DNA from: Eledone cirrhosa | Taxonomy: Eukaryota | Direction of reading: 5' to 3' | Length of the DNA: 64,000 nucleotides | Assembly (NCBI GenBank): GCA_964016885.1 | Contig: OZ024745.1 | Coordinates: forward strand, 128,402,001 to 128,466,000 | Part shown: piece by piece, positions 12,398-28,291 of the stretch | Layout: every line of letters starts with the position of its first letter | Numbering within the stretch: the stretch's first letter is position 1 | Program-made: the position numbers and the translations under genes | The notes under the pieces: model-generated | What the model was told of the DNA's origin: nothing | What the model saw: only the letters and a program-made list of their open reading frames with translations | The model's database searches: none

Positions 12398-13310
12398 TGT
12401 TGTTGTTAGTGGTGGTGGTGGTGGTGGTGGTGGTGGTGGTGGTGGTGTTGGTGGTGGTGGTATTGTGGTGATGGTGGGTGTAGTGGTGGTGGTGGTGATG
12501 GAGGTGGTGGTGGTGGTTGTCGTGGTGGTGGTAGTGTGGTGGTATGGTGGTATTGTGGTGATGGTGGGTGTAGTGGTGGTGGTGGTGTTGGAGGTGGTGG
12601 TGGCGGTAGTGTGGTGGTATGATGGTATGGTGGTGATGGTGGGTGTAGTGATGGTGGTGATGATGGAGGTGGTGGTGGCGGAAGTTTGGTGGTATTGTAT
12701 GGTGGTATTGTGGTGATGGTGGGTGTAGTGGTGATGGTGATGATGGTGGTGATGGTGGGTGTAGTGGTGGTGGTGGTGATGGAGGTGGTGGTGGTGGTAG
12801 TGTGGTGGTATGGCGGTATTGTGGTGATGGTGGGTGTAGTGGTGGTGGTGGTGTTGGAGGTGGTAGTGGCGGTAGTGTGGTGGTATTGTGGTATGGTGGT
12901 GATGGTAGGTGTAGTGGTGGTGGTAGTGGTGGTGGTGATGGAGGTGGTGGTGGTTGTCGTGGTGGTGGTAGTGTGGTGGTATGGTGGTATTGTGGTGATG
13001 GTGGATGTAGTGGTGGTAGTGGTGGTGATGGAGGCGGTGGTGGTTGTCGTGGTGTCGTTGTTGTTGTTGGTGTTGTTGGTGTCGTTGTTGATGTTGTCGT
13101 TGGTGTTGTTATTCTTGGTGGTGGTGTTGTCGTTGATGTTGGTGGTGCCGGTAGTGTTGTTGTTCTTCTTGGTGGTGGCGGTGTTGCCGTTGTTGTTGTT
13201 GTCGTTGTTGGTGTTGTCGTTGATGTTGTCGTCGTTGGAGTTGTTGTTGTTGGTGGTGTTGGTGTTGTCGTTGGTGTTATTGTTGTTGGTGTTGTTGGTG
13301 TTGTTTTATT
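12398..13310. repeat. Degenerate (GGT)/(GTT) trinucleotide array with higher-order units
   Basis: Repeated gtattgtggtgatggtgggtgtagtgg blocks. Confidence 0.9.
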
Positions 13311-13689
13311 TTAACCCCAGGTCATCCATAAATTACACAGCAATAACAATCACAATAACAGTAAGAGCAGTACATTGTAATTTACATGGCAACCTCATCA
13401 ACAAACACCAACCACCATAATATAATCCACATTATCATAAATAAATACAGGGGGACAGCAATTGTCTGGCTCTGATTAAGTCTACCATCTTGTCATTGAT
13501 GTCACTATTACCAGAATGCAATATATTCAGTGCTTCATACAACACCATAAACGATAAACCCGTATACGTCGGAATATGCGATATAGTCTTCAAATAGATA
13601 AATACTTAGCATATCTGGGTCTCTGAATCTGAGATTCTCTTCTAAAGGAATAAACAGCCATCGATTTTGACTGTGAGCGTTTTAGTTGT

Positions 13690-13965
13690 TCGATCAATGA
13701 AACAATCTGCTCGTGAAATTAGCGTGAAGTGATTACCATACAGACATGAATACACTTAACTCTTTTCTTATGGAGATTCAGCGTGTTACCGTGTGTGAAG
13801 AAGCTGGCTCTTTAAATTATAGATATATAGGTCCATCTAGCCGACTTCGAAACAGATGCCGTCTACCCAATTACAATCACAAGGTCTTGTAACGACACTT
13901 GCCTACATTTCCACGCGGTGGGATCGAACCTCCGACCTTAATGATTCCGTATCAAACTCAGCCAT
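13690..13965 (-). mobile_element. Two adjacent degenerate SINE remnants
   Basis: gaaattagcgtg...ggagattcagcgtg block plus ccacgcggtgggatcgaacc (B-box reverse complement); a similar pair lies at ~55410-55700. Confidence 0.55.
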
Positions 13966-15195
13966 GCAGAGAGTCCATCATTTCTAGTAGTGACCACTTA
14001 AATGCTATATGGAAGTGTCGTAAATATGATTAAAATTACAAAACAACATATTTGTTTGGGAAGTCAGGTATTACAAAACGTTCGGTATTCGATATTAACA
14101 ATGTGAGGGTTAGAATCCATATTGAAAAATTCATATCACGTGACAGATTCAGGTTTCCATGAAAATTATTGAAACAAAGGGAGAGAAGCACGTCATTTGC
14201 GATGATTTCGTCTCTGAATAAATTCGTAGGGTGATCATTTTCCATAACTGCACAGGAAGAAAGAAGTACTGAATTCTACAGAATCTAAAGAAAGGATTCT
14301 AGAGAAAGGAGGAAAAGGAAGGAAGGGAATGGAAAAGAGAAGAAAGAGAAAGAAAAGGAAGAAGAAGAGGCAGAAGAGAGGAGATGTATGCAGCTTCGAA
14401 TAGATGTATAGAAAAGGGCATTCCGATCCGCTGCTATCGACAGAAGAGGATCGCGTACGTCATAGAAAAATACACGTACTACTAAATATCCCTCTGTCAC
14501 GTGATCGCCTACGTAAAAATGTGGGGGAATATTTTGAGTGCGAAAGTTTTCGTAGAATGTACTTGCCGTCCTATGACACAAGTATAGTACTGTATGATAA
14601 CATGTATATGTGTCTAAGTATTTATTTGATGTCGATATGGTACAGTTACTCGACAAATAGTCATTAGCGCAACACTAGATGATTTAATTTTCCTTTAGTG
14701 ATTCAAAGATGTATATTTGTTCAAGTGGTTCCAGTTGCGTTCTTTTGACTCTCGGAAGGGGGTTTTGACATTTGCTGTTGGAAATAAAAACGAGCCAACG
14801 AGAAACACGTCCTTTGTAACAGTTTTATGTGAGTTGGATGCATCAGTGTAAACATTATGTGGTCTATTACAAAAACCGACTTCTAATTTTAGATTAAGTT
14901 AATTTGCAGAATCTTTAGTGGCAAATGTTTTGAAGAAAAGAATAGATTATAAAGTCCACTCTTTCAGCCATAAACATTGTCGTGGGGTCTTATACAAACA
15001 AGATAGCATGCATATTTAGAAGAAGCTAGACCACCCGTGACCCGTCGCGTCACGTTTGCTTAAAAATATTTTTTTTTTAATGTTGGTCACTTAAAAATGA
15101 CTTTTAAATAATTAAAATACACACAATATGCATGTAATGTAAAATGAAATTGGAAGGCCAATATATATTTTGTGTGTGTGTGTGTGCGCGCGTGC

Positions 15196-15252
<57 letters not shown>

Positions 15253-15437
15253 TTTGTGTGTGTTAATGTGTGTGTATGTACATATATATGTATATGTGTG
15301 TATAATGTCATTCATCAACACCACCAGCTCGCGCTCTCTCTCTCTCTTCCATTTTTCTTCTCTGTGACCTCTACTCTCACTCTCCCTCTCTCTCTATCTC
15401 TCTATCACTCTCTCTCTCTATCTATTTTTCTCTTTCA

Positions 15438-15484
<47 letters not shown>

Positions 15485-15675
15485 ATAAGAAAGGGAGAAT
15501 CAGTGGTGCGACGAATAAAATTTATTAGACATATTACAATCGTTTCTCTGGCGACCAGCTAGAGGCACGATCGATGCAATGATCGAACCTGACTCTGAAA
15601 TCGCAAGATCCTCAGGTATCTCTCGATTCTACGTATGTAGAACGTATGTATGTATATATGTATGTATGCATGTAC

Positions 15676-15711
<36 letters not shown>

Positions 15712-15794
15712 GTATGTTTACATCTATGTGCGTATGTATGTATATATGTATGCATGTATGTATATATGTATATATATGTATGTATGTATGTACG

Positions 15795-15835
<41 letters not shown>

Positions 15836-16372
15836 ATGTATGTATATGTGTGTGTGTGTGTATTATATACATGTATGTTTACATGTATGTATGTACGTAT
15901 GTGAGTATATATACATGTATGTTTACATGTATGTATGTACGCATGTATGTATATATTTATGTATATATGTATGTATGTAAGTATTTATGTATATATGTAC
16001 GTATGAATGTGTGTATGCATGTATGAATGTACGTATATATGTAAATATTTATGTATAGATATATGTGTGTTCACATGTATATACAACAGCTTATTTATGT
16101 CTGATTGCGTGCGTGTGTGCGCATGCGTGCTAAACCACAGACTGTCCCTGAACTTGAAACTCTAGGAATACTACTTCTATGAATATCACTAGATCTAGTT
16201 TATTCTAGCAAATGCACCGAATGACATTCTACGATGTGAATTCTAAGAAAACGGACAGAAGTTAGCTTCGCGGATTGTTTGAATTAGGTATTTTGATGCC
16301 ATTTTCGGTTTCAGTTGAGTAATTGTTGACAGGGATTGGGCCAAAAACTGCTTCAGTTTTTCGATCTCCTTC

Positions 16373-17030
16373 ACAACTACTACTACTACTACTACTACTA
16401 TTAGCACTACTATTACCACCACTAACAACAACACCTGATCTATTACCACCACTAACAACAACATCCGATCTATTACCACCAACACTGATACTCGCTTTCA
16501 TAACTACCACCTACTACCACCAACAATAACAAAAACACCCCTCCAGCAATTCTACCATCACTACCACCGCCTTCACCATCACTACCATCAATAACAACAA
16601 CAATACTCGCCTTCATAACTACCACCGCCACCGCCATCACTATCACCATCACCACCGCCACCGCCATCACTATCACCATCACCACCGCCATCACCATCAT
16701 CACCAGCAACAACATCAATACCTGCTTTCATAACCACCAACTACTACCACCAACAAGAACAACAACACCCCTCCACCAACTCTACCATCACTACCACCAC
16801 CATCACCATCACTACCACCACCATCACCATCACTACCACCACCATCATCATCACTACCACCACCATCACCATCACTACCACCACCATCACCATTGCTACC
16901 ACCACCATCACCATCACTACCACCACCATCACCATTGCTACCACCACCATCACCATCACTACCACCACCATCACCATCACTACCACCACCATCACCATTG
17001 CTACCACCACCATCACCATCACTACCACCA
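16373..17030. repeat. (CTA)/(CAC)/(CAT) trinucleotide-derived minisatellite (21 bp units)
   Basis: Repeated accatcactaccaccaccatc. Confidence 0.9.
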
Positions 17031-17073
17031 CAATCAAAACCATAAACAACACCCACTACCATTATTACGTGGA

Positions 17074-17255
17074 TTGGCAGTATCAGTAGAGGGTCTGACC
17101 CCATGCTTTGCAGCAAAGAGTTACGGGCCCTTATGATCTGAGTTCAAATCCCACTGAGGTTAACTTTGCCTTTCATCCTTACGGGGTCGATAAAATAAAG
17201 TACCAGTAATGCACTGGGTAATTGCTGGCCTTGTGCCAAAAGTCGAAACAATTAT
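17074..17255 (+). mobile_element. SINE family S1
   Basis: tggcagtatc...gagttcaaatccc (B-box)...ttgcctttcatccttacggggtcgataaa...ccttgtgccaaaa..gaaacaattatt; more than 10 copies in the window. Confidence 0.85.
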
Positions 17256-17388
17256 TACCACAATCATCATCATCAGCTATTTCTGACACCAACACTATCA
17301 ACATCTGCCACTACCACCACAACTAATACAACAACTGCGATCTCAGCTCTCTACAGCCATTGTATGTTTTTCAAGATAGAAGCTTCAA

Positions 17389-17470
<82 letters not shown>

Positions 17471-17473
17471 TAT

Positions 17474-17832
17474 ACGGCCCGGCCGACTAACTCACCCGAT
17501 ATGCAAATTAAGCTGCTCAGCCGTTAATATGTATAAGGAAAGTATATACTTTCAAACGTTGAATCATCTGACAGAAAGGTATACGATGCTGACGATAGCT
17601 AATAAGCTTGAAACTAGTACATCGTTCCTGTGTCAGTGTTGAACAAAAGGGCGACGATGGTTGCCGAGCACTGTACGACGTAATTCGGGCCGTTTGTTTA
17701 CAAACAAACCAAACATTATAATAAATGTTCGGTAAACCCATACGTACATATATATATATATGTCTGTGCATGTATGTATATATATACATACTACTGTACG
17801 TCTGTACACATATATGTATGTACGTATACATA

Positions 17833-17835
<3 letters not shown>
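17474..17835 (+). mobile_element. Penelope-pLTR-like module (family A) in (TA)n
   Basis: Homologous to 22030-22315 (+) and 26888-27371 (-); carries a hammerhead. Confidence 0.75.
17583..17625 (+). ncRNA. Minimal type I hammerhead ribozyme (family A)
   Basis: acgatg CTGACGA tagct-aata-agctt GAAA ctag TA catcgt; 6-bp stem I; palindromic ACTAGT stem III. Confidence 0.88.
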
Positions 17836-17870
<35 letters not shown>

Positions 17871-18585
17871 ATTCTCATGAAAATTGGAAACCTCGGCGTA
17901 TGGAAACTGTTAGAACAGCAAGATACCGTCGAAGCGGCGTTGAGTAAAATATTACCTCGAAGGACAGAGATCAGCGGCTGGATGTGAGTTGACTCAAAGA
18001 CACGAAGATAAGATAGGACGGAAGAAAATAGTCTAACTAATTGGGCATAAAAACCCCCTTGGACGGAAAAAAATCGACATCGATGCCCGTGGGTCACGAA
18101 CTCACATCTGCCGAACGGCCGAGCTACTGATTGCTCCAAAGCGAGACTGACGAAATTTTCCGTTATTTTGGAATCTTATAAATCTACCAAAATGTAAACA
18201 GTTTTAGAAACGTTGAACGAAAATGTATTTATCGAAAATCGACTTACAAATAGAAGTTTCAACGGTGTTTTGTTTTGTTTTTGTTTTTTTTTTACTATAT
18301 AAAATAGTCATACAAATTAGGCATAAAAGCCCTTGGTTTTTTTCAAATTCTTCCGAAGCCAGCTTTGCTTTTCATCCTTTCGGATATTCATTTGGCGGCA
18401 TTGTTGAAGATTCATAAGCAATATTTTGCTGTGTCTTTCCCCTCAATTTGCATTCCGGTTTTTAATCCAAATGATCTGCGTGTCACTTTGTGTTTAAGAA
18501 TGTAACACGTAGATTTTAACGATCCAGTTTGCATAACCATATATAGCTAACAACAATGCACTTGTTGCTATTTTTGTTTCGTCAG

Positions 18586-18830
18586 CATCATCATCATCAT
18601 CATCATCATCCGGCGGCCTCAGCCGAAATTGACTCAACAATTGATCTCCACGTGGGTCTGTCGTTCATTGCCGTTGTCAAATCCTGGATTTCAATACCAG
18701 ATTCTCTGGAGATGACATCGGGATAGGAGAGCTTGCACCCCCTGTTATTAGTGACTGCTTGTGGTTTCCAAAGCACTAAAGGGGACACAGCCTCATATGT
18801 GGCACGATGGCAGTGGGTCAGCAAATTTTA
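18586..18830 (-). mobile_element. RTE-clade LINE 3' end with (TGA)n tail
   Basis: ORF 18606..18824: HCHRA..E.VSPLVLWKP...RG...SYPDVISR..G....DL..AM.DR..WRS.V, followed by tgatgatga repeats. Confidence 0.8.
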
Positions 18831-20423
18831 TTCTCTTGTTACGTACGACGTCAGATATGCGTATATCTCTCTCAAAGTCAGACTTTAACCAGTTCTGATT
18901 GAGTATGCTTGTGATCAAATGTGCTCCTTGGAAATACATCATACAATGTGTCATTACTTTTATTAAAACGACAGGCTTTAATTTGAAAGAGATTTGTTTG
19001 ATATATCTAACAAGTCAACCGACTTCATAGACGCTCCCTCCTGTGGTTCAATTTGCTGTTGTAGCTCTGATAACTCTATAAAATTTGGTGTGTATTCATT
19101 TTCACATACGAAGATATAGTGCGATAGACAAGCAGCTCTTCTATATTTTATCTACTTCACTTTATGGAAGTCGGAGTTTTCTACCATCCTTATTGGTGCT
19201 TGTTACTCGGGAAGAATTATCCTATTCTGATATACTAACAACGATGTAATTGTTTGTACAAACCTTGGCTCATTTAACATCTTATTCTTGTGACTAGCGA
19301 ATAAAATGAAACGAGTATTCTTGTTGGTAAGGAGGAAAACAACTAAAACGGTGTTCGAATTTCGCATGGATTTGCTAAAAAAGAAATATTTTGTTAATCT
19401 CATCAGAATCATGAAATAAATGTTTATAATATAATGTAGATTAATCTATTGGACTACAATCTCCTTTTTTTTTCTCACACACATTCTCCTTATTTCTCGT
19501 CTCCCTCATTCTCTGTCTGAAGAAACGGGTTCTCTGTACTTCAGAAATCCAACAGTTAAGTGCTGATTAAAAATAAAAACTTGCAACCATCAAACGCAAA
19601 AAATAAAATGTTGCATGAACACAGTTTTTACTTGTCTTACAATTAATGTCAAATGACTTCGACCAGAAATAGCCTGACATGGTTTTCAGTAAACCAGCAA
19701 CTGTTTGGATAGTTTGTCATCGATTACATTGATTTTTCTCCCATCATGTTGCATAGCAACGATTTCACTTTTCTGATGTAGAAAGTCAATCTATATATTC
19801 GTCATCGTTAGATTCCCTGCCATATTGGAAGTAGCCTTGTCAACTAATAACCACAAAATTACCTTCTTTGGGCAGACTTTAAAATGTAAAGGAACTTCTG
19901 TTTTTATATAGACATAGTGAGTGTTAAAACAGGATAAATTACATCTATATCTCTATCAAACAAATATAGTTGGATGTGCCACTGTTGCTTGAAAAGCAGC
20001 TATGTGTGTATGTCAAATAAATGAGAAATATTTTAACGAATCATCAAGTAGTAAACAATTATAAATAATGGCGTCCAAATTGACTTGAACTTTAGTTGCT
20101 ATAAAATGTTGTGACATGCATGCCTTTTCCAATGCATTTGTGAAATATGCGGGAATAAACTAGCTTGGCTCTCTGAAGGTTTGAAGCCACGTCGTTGTAT
20201 CGACATGTTTCCTAGCATAATGTGTCATACATTCGTTGATATGGCTTAATATTGATATTCTTTAATAAGAACAACTGTAGTCTGTTGATTCGATTCCTAG
20301 TATATTACCGATATTTATTTAGTCGACCTCAGATAAATATAAATGAAACACCGATTTGATATGTAAACATAAGTGGACACAACTTAATACAGTAAAAAAT
20401 ACTGCCTAATACTCTGATACAGT

Positions 20424-20713
20424 GGAGGCGCGTGGCCTTGTGGTAAGGGTGTGGGATTTACGATTATAATGTCATGGGTTCGATTCCTGGGCTGGGTTGT
20501 GTGTTGTGTTTTTGAGCAAAACACTTTATTTCACGTCACTCCAGTATACTCAGCTGAAAATGAGTACCAGTAATAGCTGGGGGTTTAACCCTGCGATGGA
20601 CTGGCGTCCTGTCCAGGGGGAAGTTTTGTACTCTCAGTTACTTCACGTCATGGAAACTAGGATAAGTACCGGTCTAACGAGTCTTCTGGCTTGAAATTTA
20701 CTTTACTTTACTT
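20424..20713 (+). mobile_element. tRNA-derived SINE (S2), near full length
   Basis: A-box tggccttgtggt, B-box ggttcgattcc, CORE-like ttgagcaaaacacttta, ccctgcgatggactggcgtcctgtccagggg, (TTTAC)n tail. Confidence 0.85.
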
Positions 20714-20863
20714 TCTTCTGACAGCCTAATATCCGAGATATAGACTATGTAAGCATATCATCTATGTAGGCACCATGTGTACATTGAAGGAAATGCATTC
20801 ACCATCTCAACATATCACATAATAAACATAGCCTTGAAATGCCGTTTAAATAGAAACAACCTA

Positions 20864-21085
20864 TACGATGGAGTGCTGAAAAGTTCCTGGCTTGATCGCT
20901 GCCACATAGAGACCTGGTTGGAGGTTTACCTTCCGAGTTCTTTTTACGGGGCTTAGAAAAACTGAAGGACCGCTGTTATAAGTGTATGAATCTGAGGGAG
21001 GAATATGTTGAATAAAATCATAATTAACTGATCCTCCTGAATTTTTATTTACCCAAACCCAAAAAATTTTCAGCACCCCTTCGTA
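20864..21085 (+). mobile_element. Mariner deletion derivative (MITE) retaining the transposase C-terminus
   Basis: TIRs tacgatggagtgctgaaaa / ttttcagcaccccttcgta; internal EFFLRGLEKLKDRCYKCMNLREEYVE*. Confidence 0.85.
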
Positions 21086-21846
21086 AATATTAAGTGGTCT
21101 TTTTTGTTTTACCACAGTATCAACCATGATCGAGAGAAATATTATCAAAGACCATATCACCTTTTTGGAGATATCTGGTGTTTCTTTTCTGCTTTAAAGA
21201 CAGTAGGGTTCAATTTAATTTGATCTGGCTGTTATTTCTAGTATGCCAAATTATCACGTAGATGCTCCCTTGTTTAATGGTCAAATAGTGAATAAACACT
21301 AATGGTATATTTTGAGAGCCAAGGAATTATCTAATTACATTGATAAGACACAACGTGGCTAAAAAAAGATTGTACAAGTTCATGTCTTGATACAATTTGT
21401 AAGTATCGACTGATTCATAGACAGTCTATAGATTCGGGTGCAGCCGACAGATAGGAAATATTTGATTTTCATCTCCTTCAAGTTGTAAAATTAATATTTT
21501 TTCTTTTCATATATAGATTTGAATATGACATTTGAAATGTCAAGATGGCTTCGAAAAGAAAATATATATTTAACCATTAAATCTGAAATTACACACATAC
21601 ACATGTACATATATATACATACGTACATACATATATACATAGATACATTCATACATACCTACATACATACATACATACGCGCATACACAAACACACAGAA
21701 ATATATAAGTATGTGTGTGTATTTACACAGATAACTGGATTCTTACATACGTACATACATATATGTATATATATGTATATATATATATATATATGTTTGT
21801 GTGTGTGTGTCTCTGTGATATATATGTATGTCATATATATATGTGT

Positions 21847-21923
<77 letters not shown>

Positions 21924-22029
21924 TGATTCTGTGCAAAATCTATATACTGTTCAAACGATTATATATGCACTTGTATGTATATAACTTATATCGTGTCCTA
22001 GCCTGATTTTGTTTTTTTAACTTTAAATA

Positions 22030-22315
22030 TATATGCAAATTAGGCTGCTCAGCCGTTAATATGTATAAGGAAAGTATATACTTGCAAACGTTCAATTATC
22101 TGACAGGAAGGTATACGATGCTGACGATAGCTAATAAGCTAGAAACTAGTACATCGTTCCTTTGTCAGTGTTGGTCAAAGGGGCGACGATGGTTGCCGAG
22201 CAATGTATGTATATATGTATGTATATATATACATACTACTGTACGTCTCTATACATATATGTATGTACGTATAATTACTTATATTTAAGTATCATCCGTA
22301 CTAAGAGTGAGAAAT
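22030..22315 (+). mobile_element. Family A pLTR-like module
   Basis: Copy of the 17.5 kb module with an internal deletion. Confidence 0.75.
22115..22157 (+). ncRNA. Minimal type I hammerhead ribozyme (family A)
   Basis: acgatg CTGACGA tagct-aata-agcta GAAA ctag TA catcgt. Confidence 0.88.
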
Positions 22316-22429
22316 ATATATATATATATATAAAAAAACATGAGAAGAAAGAAGAATACTGCGTGGTTTGCACATGGGTTACATATGATAAAAATAGTCC
22401 TTCGTCAGTGATTTTCCAACCATCATTGG

Positions 22430-22467
<38 letters not shown>

Positions 22468-23320
22468 GAAGAAGAAGAAGAAGAAGAAGAAGAAGAAGAA
22501 GAAGAAGATTCATCTTTTATGACATGGATTTGAATTTAAGAGATTAAATATGAAATCATACGAATGAAACAGTTCTAGTCCTGTAGAAGCCATTTCCATA
22601 TTAAATATTGATGCTTTCCTCTCTATTGAGCACCTTATTTACTGCGGTAGCCCTCGATTTAACTCAGGATCTACTTATATGTGTGTGTGTGTGTGTCTAT
22701 GCCTCTGTTTGTGTGTGCGTGTATGTATGTGTATACGTGTATGTGTGTGTATGAGTGTGTGTGTGTGTACGTGCGTGTGTGTGTGAGTGTGTGCATACGT
22801 GTATGTGTGTGTGTGCGCGTGTGTGTGTGTGTGCATGTACGTGTATCTGTGTGTATGTGTGTGTGTGTGTGTGTGAGTGTGTGCATGCGTGTATGTGTGT
22901 GTGTGTGCATGTTCTTGTATGTGTGTGTGTGCGCGCGTGCGTGTGTGTGCATGTACGTGTATATGTGTGAGCGTGTGGATGCGTGTGTGTGTGTGTGTGT
23001 GTGCATATGCGTGTATGTGTGTGTGTGTGAGTGTGTGCATGCGTGTATGTGTGTGTGCATGTGCGTGTATGTGTGTGTGTGTGTGCATGTGCATGTATGT
23101 TTGTGTGCGTGCGCGCGTGTGTGCATGTACGTGTATCTGTATGTGTGTGAGTGTGTGCATGCGTGCATGTGTGTGTGTGTGCATGTGCGTGTACATGCGT
23201 GTGTACATGTGTGTGTATGTGTGTGTCTGTGTGTGTCTGTATAGGTGTATATGTGTATGCGTGTACATACATGTGTGTGTGTGTGTGTGTGTATGTCATA
23301 AACATATATATACATATATA

Positions 23321-23361
<41 letters not shown>

Positions 23362-23419
23362 ATATATATATACATATATATATAAAAACATATATAAACA
23401 TATATAAACATATATATAT

Positions 23420-23467
<48 letters not shown>

Positions 23468-23554
23468 GCACCCAGAATTCACAAGTAATAAAACTATCAC
23501 TGAGACTTCATACTGTATGTCAAGTGGTTTGTAACGTTTATATAAGTATAACAA

Positions 23555-24228
23555 ATCTAAACTATAATAAAGTAAGGAGTGCGGGACTACATCCAGAATA
23601 TATTATTTTACCCCATTTGTAAAATAAGTTGGATTACTTTGAATAAATAATTGTTTCTACTTTAGGCACAAGGCCAGCAATTACCCAGTGCATTACTGGT
23701 ACTTTATTTTATCGACCCCGTAAGGATGAAAGGCAAAGTCAACCTCGGCGGGATTTGAACTCAGATTGTAAAGGGACGTAACTATGCTGTAAAGCATGGC
23801 GTCCGACCCTTTACTTTGAATAAATAATGAATGAATATTACATAATTTATGTGCTAAATGTCGTGGCTGTTGATTAAATATATTTTATAGCTTATTTAAA
23901 GATCTTTAAAATTCACTTCTTTAAAATTATCAAATGTCAACACTTCCTGTTAGCGGCCGTTATATTATAACACTTATAATCGCATATATTTCCGTCACTA
24001 ATTTTCTCCTAATGCAGTTTATATATAATTTTTTTTTTTTTTAATATATCAGGGATTACTGATTACATAAGACAGTGTAACTCAGTCTTCGTTCAATTTC
24101 TCTGTATATGTGTATATTGTCAATTACGATTTTATTTACATATATATATATATATTTGTGTATAATATCAATATACACACTACACATGCTAGCAGAAAAC
24201 CACTCGCTGGGTGGTTTTTCTGCTAGTA
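23555..24228 (+). repeat. ~670 bp segment duplicated at ~58530-59173
   Basis: Collinear from atctaaactataataa to gctagcagaaaaccac, including the embedded SINE. Confidence 0.9.
23648..23810 (-). mobile_element. SINE S1 with 18 bp target-site duplication
   Basis: ttactttgaataaataat on both sides (~23634 and ~23811). Confidence 0.88.
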
Positions 24229-24911
24229 TATCTAATTAAATTAAAGGATTTATAAAGTAGACTCATACCATGAGTATAAACTATTTTAACAAATTGAATT
24301 AATTAATTAAAGTTCAAACTTATATGAAATAAAGTAAAGAAAAATACAGGACTAGTTATTGTAAATTTATTGTAAACGGGAGGTCGATAGGTATAGTACT
24401 GAGAATTCGGGATAAAATACATTGGAATAATTATCCGTATCTTGCATACTGAGTTCAAGTCCCATCGAGGTGGACTGTGGTGCCTGTGTGCATGTATGTG
24501 TGCATGTGTATGTGTGCTTGTGTATATGTGCTTGTATTTGTGTGTCTGTGTATGTGTGCTTGTGTATGTGTGCTTGTGTATGTGTGCTTGTGTTATATAT
24601 ATATGTGTGTGTTTGGTGTGTATGTGTGTGGTGTGTGTGTGTTTGTGTGTGTGTATGGGCTTCTGTTGATAAAGAAATTATCAGTCCAGTGCTAGAGAAA
24701 CCTTCTCTCCTACCAGCTATTATATCCTGGGTATTCGGCTGGATATCGAGACAATTTCTATGTCTGCTTGCGATTACATGGGTGCATAAACTCTATTCTA
24801 TTACCAAATCATACTCGAGTGGGTTTGACGGCCGTAGTAGCATTGAATATTCTATTAGTATCGAAAGAATATGACAATTAAAGTTCACAGACACACGAAC
24901 ACAAACACACG

Positions 24912-24945
<34 letters not shown>

Positions 24946-24999
24946 ATACAAGCACACATACTCAAGCACACATACACAAGCACACACACACACATACAA

Positions 25000-25078
<79 letters not shown>

Positions 25079-25101
25079 AATGTGTGTGTGTGTGTGTGTG
25101 T

Positions 25102-25272
25102 GTGTGACGAGGGTTCAATCGGGTGTAATTACAGTAAGTAAGGTACTCAATATATAGCAGAGTATATACAATATTGAATATAGATATGGCTTCTACTACT
25201 ATATAGAAATACTCTACTATGTATTGAGTACCTTACTTACTGTGGCTACCTCCGATTGAACCCGGGTCACAC
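25102..25272. repeat. Fold-back (inverted) repeat, pLTR-tail family F
   Basis: gggttcaatcgg...gtaagtaaggtactcaata / tattgagtaccttacttac...ccgattgaaccc. Confidence 0.8.
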
Positions 25273-25280
25273 ACACACAC

Positions 25281-25346
<66 letters not shown>

Positions 25347-25348
<2 letters not shown>

Positions 25349-25500
25349 GGGGTAACCACAGTTAGTAAGGTACTCAAAACATCAAGTTTAATATAGAAAT
25401 AGCTTCTACAGGTTTAGAACTGTTTCATTCAAAAGAAATCAATTTCTTTTGAATGAAACATTTCTAGTCCTGTAGAAGCTATTTCTATATTAAATTTGAT
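25347..25500. repeat. Family F tail with ~58 bp-arm hairpin; near-identical copy at ~26578-26733
   Basis: tagaaatagcttctacagg...tttcattcaaaagaaat mirrored; related single arm at ~22560-22675. Confidence 0.85.
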
Positions 25501-26413
25501 ATATATTTCTATATTAAACTTGATATATATATGTATGTATGTGTGTGTGTGTGAGTGTGTGTGTGTGTGTCTGTGTTTGTCTGTGAGTGCGTGTGTGTCT
25601 GTGTGTTTTTATGTGTCTGTGTGTGTGTGAGTGAGTTTGTGTGTGTGTGTATCTGTGTGTGTGAGTGCGTGTGTGTGTTTTGTGTGTGTCTGTGTGTTTT
25701 TATGTGTGTGTGTGTTTGTCTGTGTGTATGTTTGTCTGTGTGTATTTATGCGTGTGCGCGCGCGTGTGTGTGTATATGACGGTTATATATAAATGTGTAT
25801 GAATATATATATATATATATGTGAATATATATGTATGTCTGTATATGTATGTACATGTATATCTTGTGATCAATAAAACAGCCACAAAGTTACGGGTTGA
25901 CTAAAGCTTTGATCTGTTATTCATTACGTAACTAGTTGTATGAGATACTGGTTCTAATGCTACTACTACTACAACTGCTACTGTTATAGTTACTACTGCT
26001 GGTATTGCTACTGCCTCTTCTCTTGCTACTGATCAGGCAGGGACTTTTGATGTTGTTGTTGCTGCTGCTGCTGTAGCTACAGTGTTAATTATGAAAGACT
26101 TACTCATGAAAAGCAATATATTATGTTGTAGATTAGGACTTCATCGGCAGTATTTTAAAACCTGATCGTAAGGTTTTTATTGTTAACAATTCCTGCCCCA
26201 TGCGATGAGACATTTGCATTAATGAATTCAGCATGTTTCAATTACTTCAGTTACTTATGACTTTGAAATGGTATGAGCATTACCACTTCATCTTTAATGG
26301 ATATGTTGGCATCAGAATGTCTCGTTAGCATTTGTGTTTCAATTATGTAGTTGTTGATGTCAAAACTGTATGACTAAGAAGTTCGTTCTGTAAATACGTC
26401 GTTTCAGGTTTGG

Positions 26414-26578
<165 letters not shown>

Positions 26579-26786
26579 GTCCCGGGTTCAATCAGGGGTA
26601 ACCACAATTAGTAAGGTACTCAAAACATCAAGTTTAATATAGAAATAGCTTCTACAGGTTTAGAACTGTTTCATTCAAAAGAAATCAATTTCTTTTGAAT
26701 GAAACATTTCTAGTCCTGTAGAAGCTATTTCTATGCGATGATGCACATTTGCATTAATGAATTAGAAGCTATATATATATATATAC

Positions 26787-28291
<1,505 letters not shown>

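Noticed and set aside
16243-16370. Protein-like minus ORF tail (EIEKLKQFLAQ...) and a ctaac...ttcttag acceptor
   Set aside because: No recognisable family, and all frames downstream of the acceptor stop within ~15 codons
17930-18140. Minus ORF with SVLRGNIL, resembling the CRE-like C-terminus
   Set aside because: Similarity limited to a few residues; cannot be supported without an alignment
19513-19555. CTGAAGA...GAAA motif (also partial cores at ~755, ~1635, ~52410)
   Set aside because: Stem II or the UH site is missing; too degenerate to call as ribozymes
20424-20495. tRNA-like A/B boxes (also 43716, 56678, 62279)
   Set aside because: They continue into SINE bodies and lack a full cloverleaf; not tRNA genes
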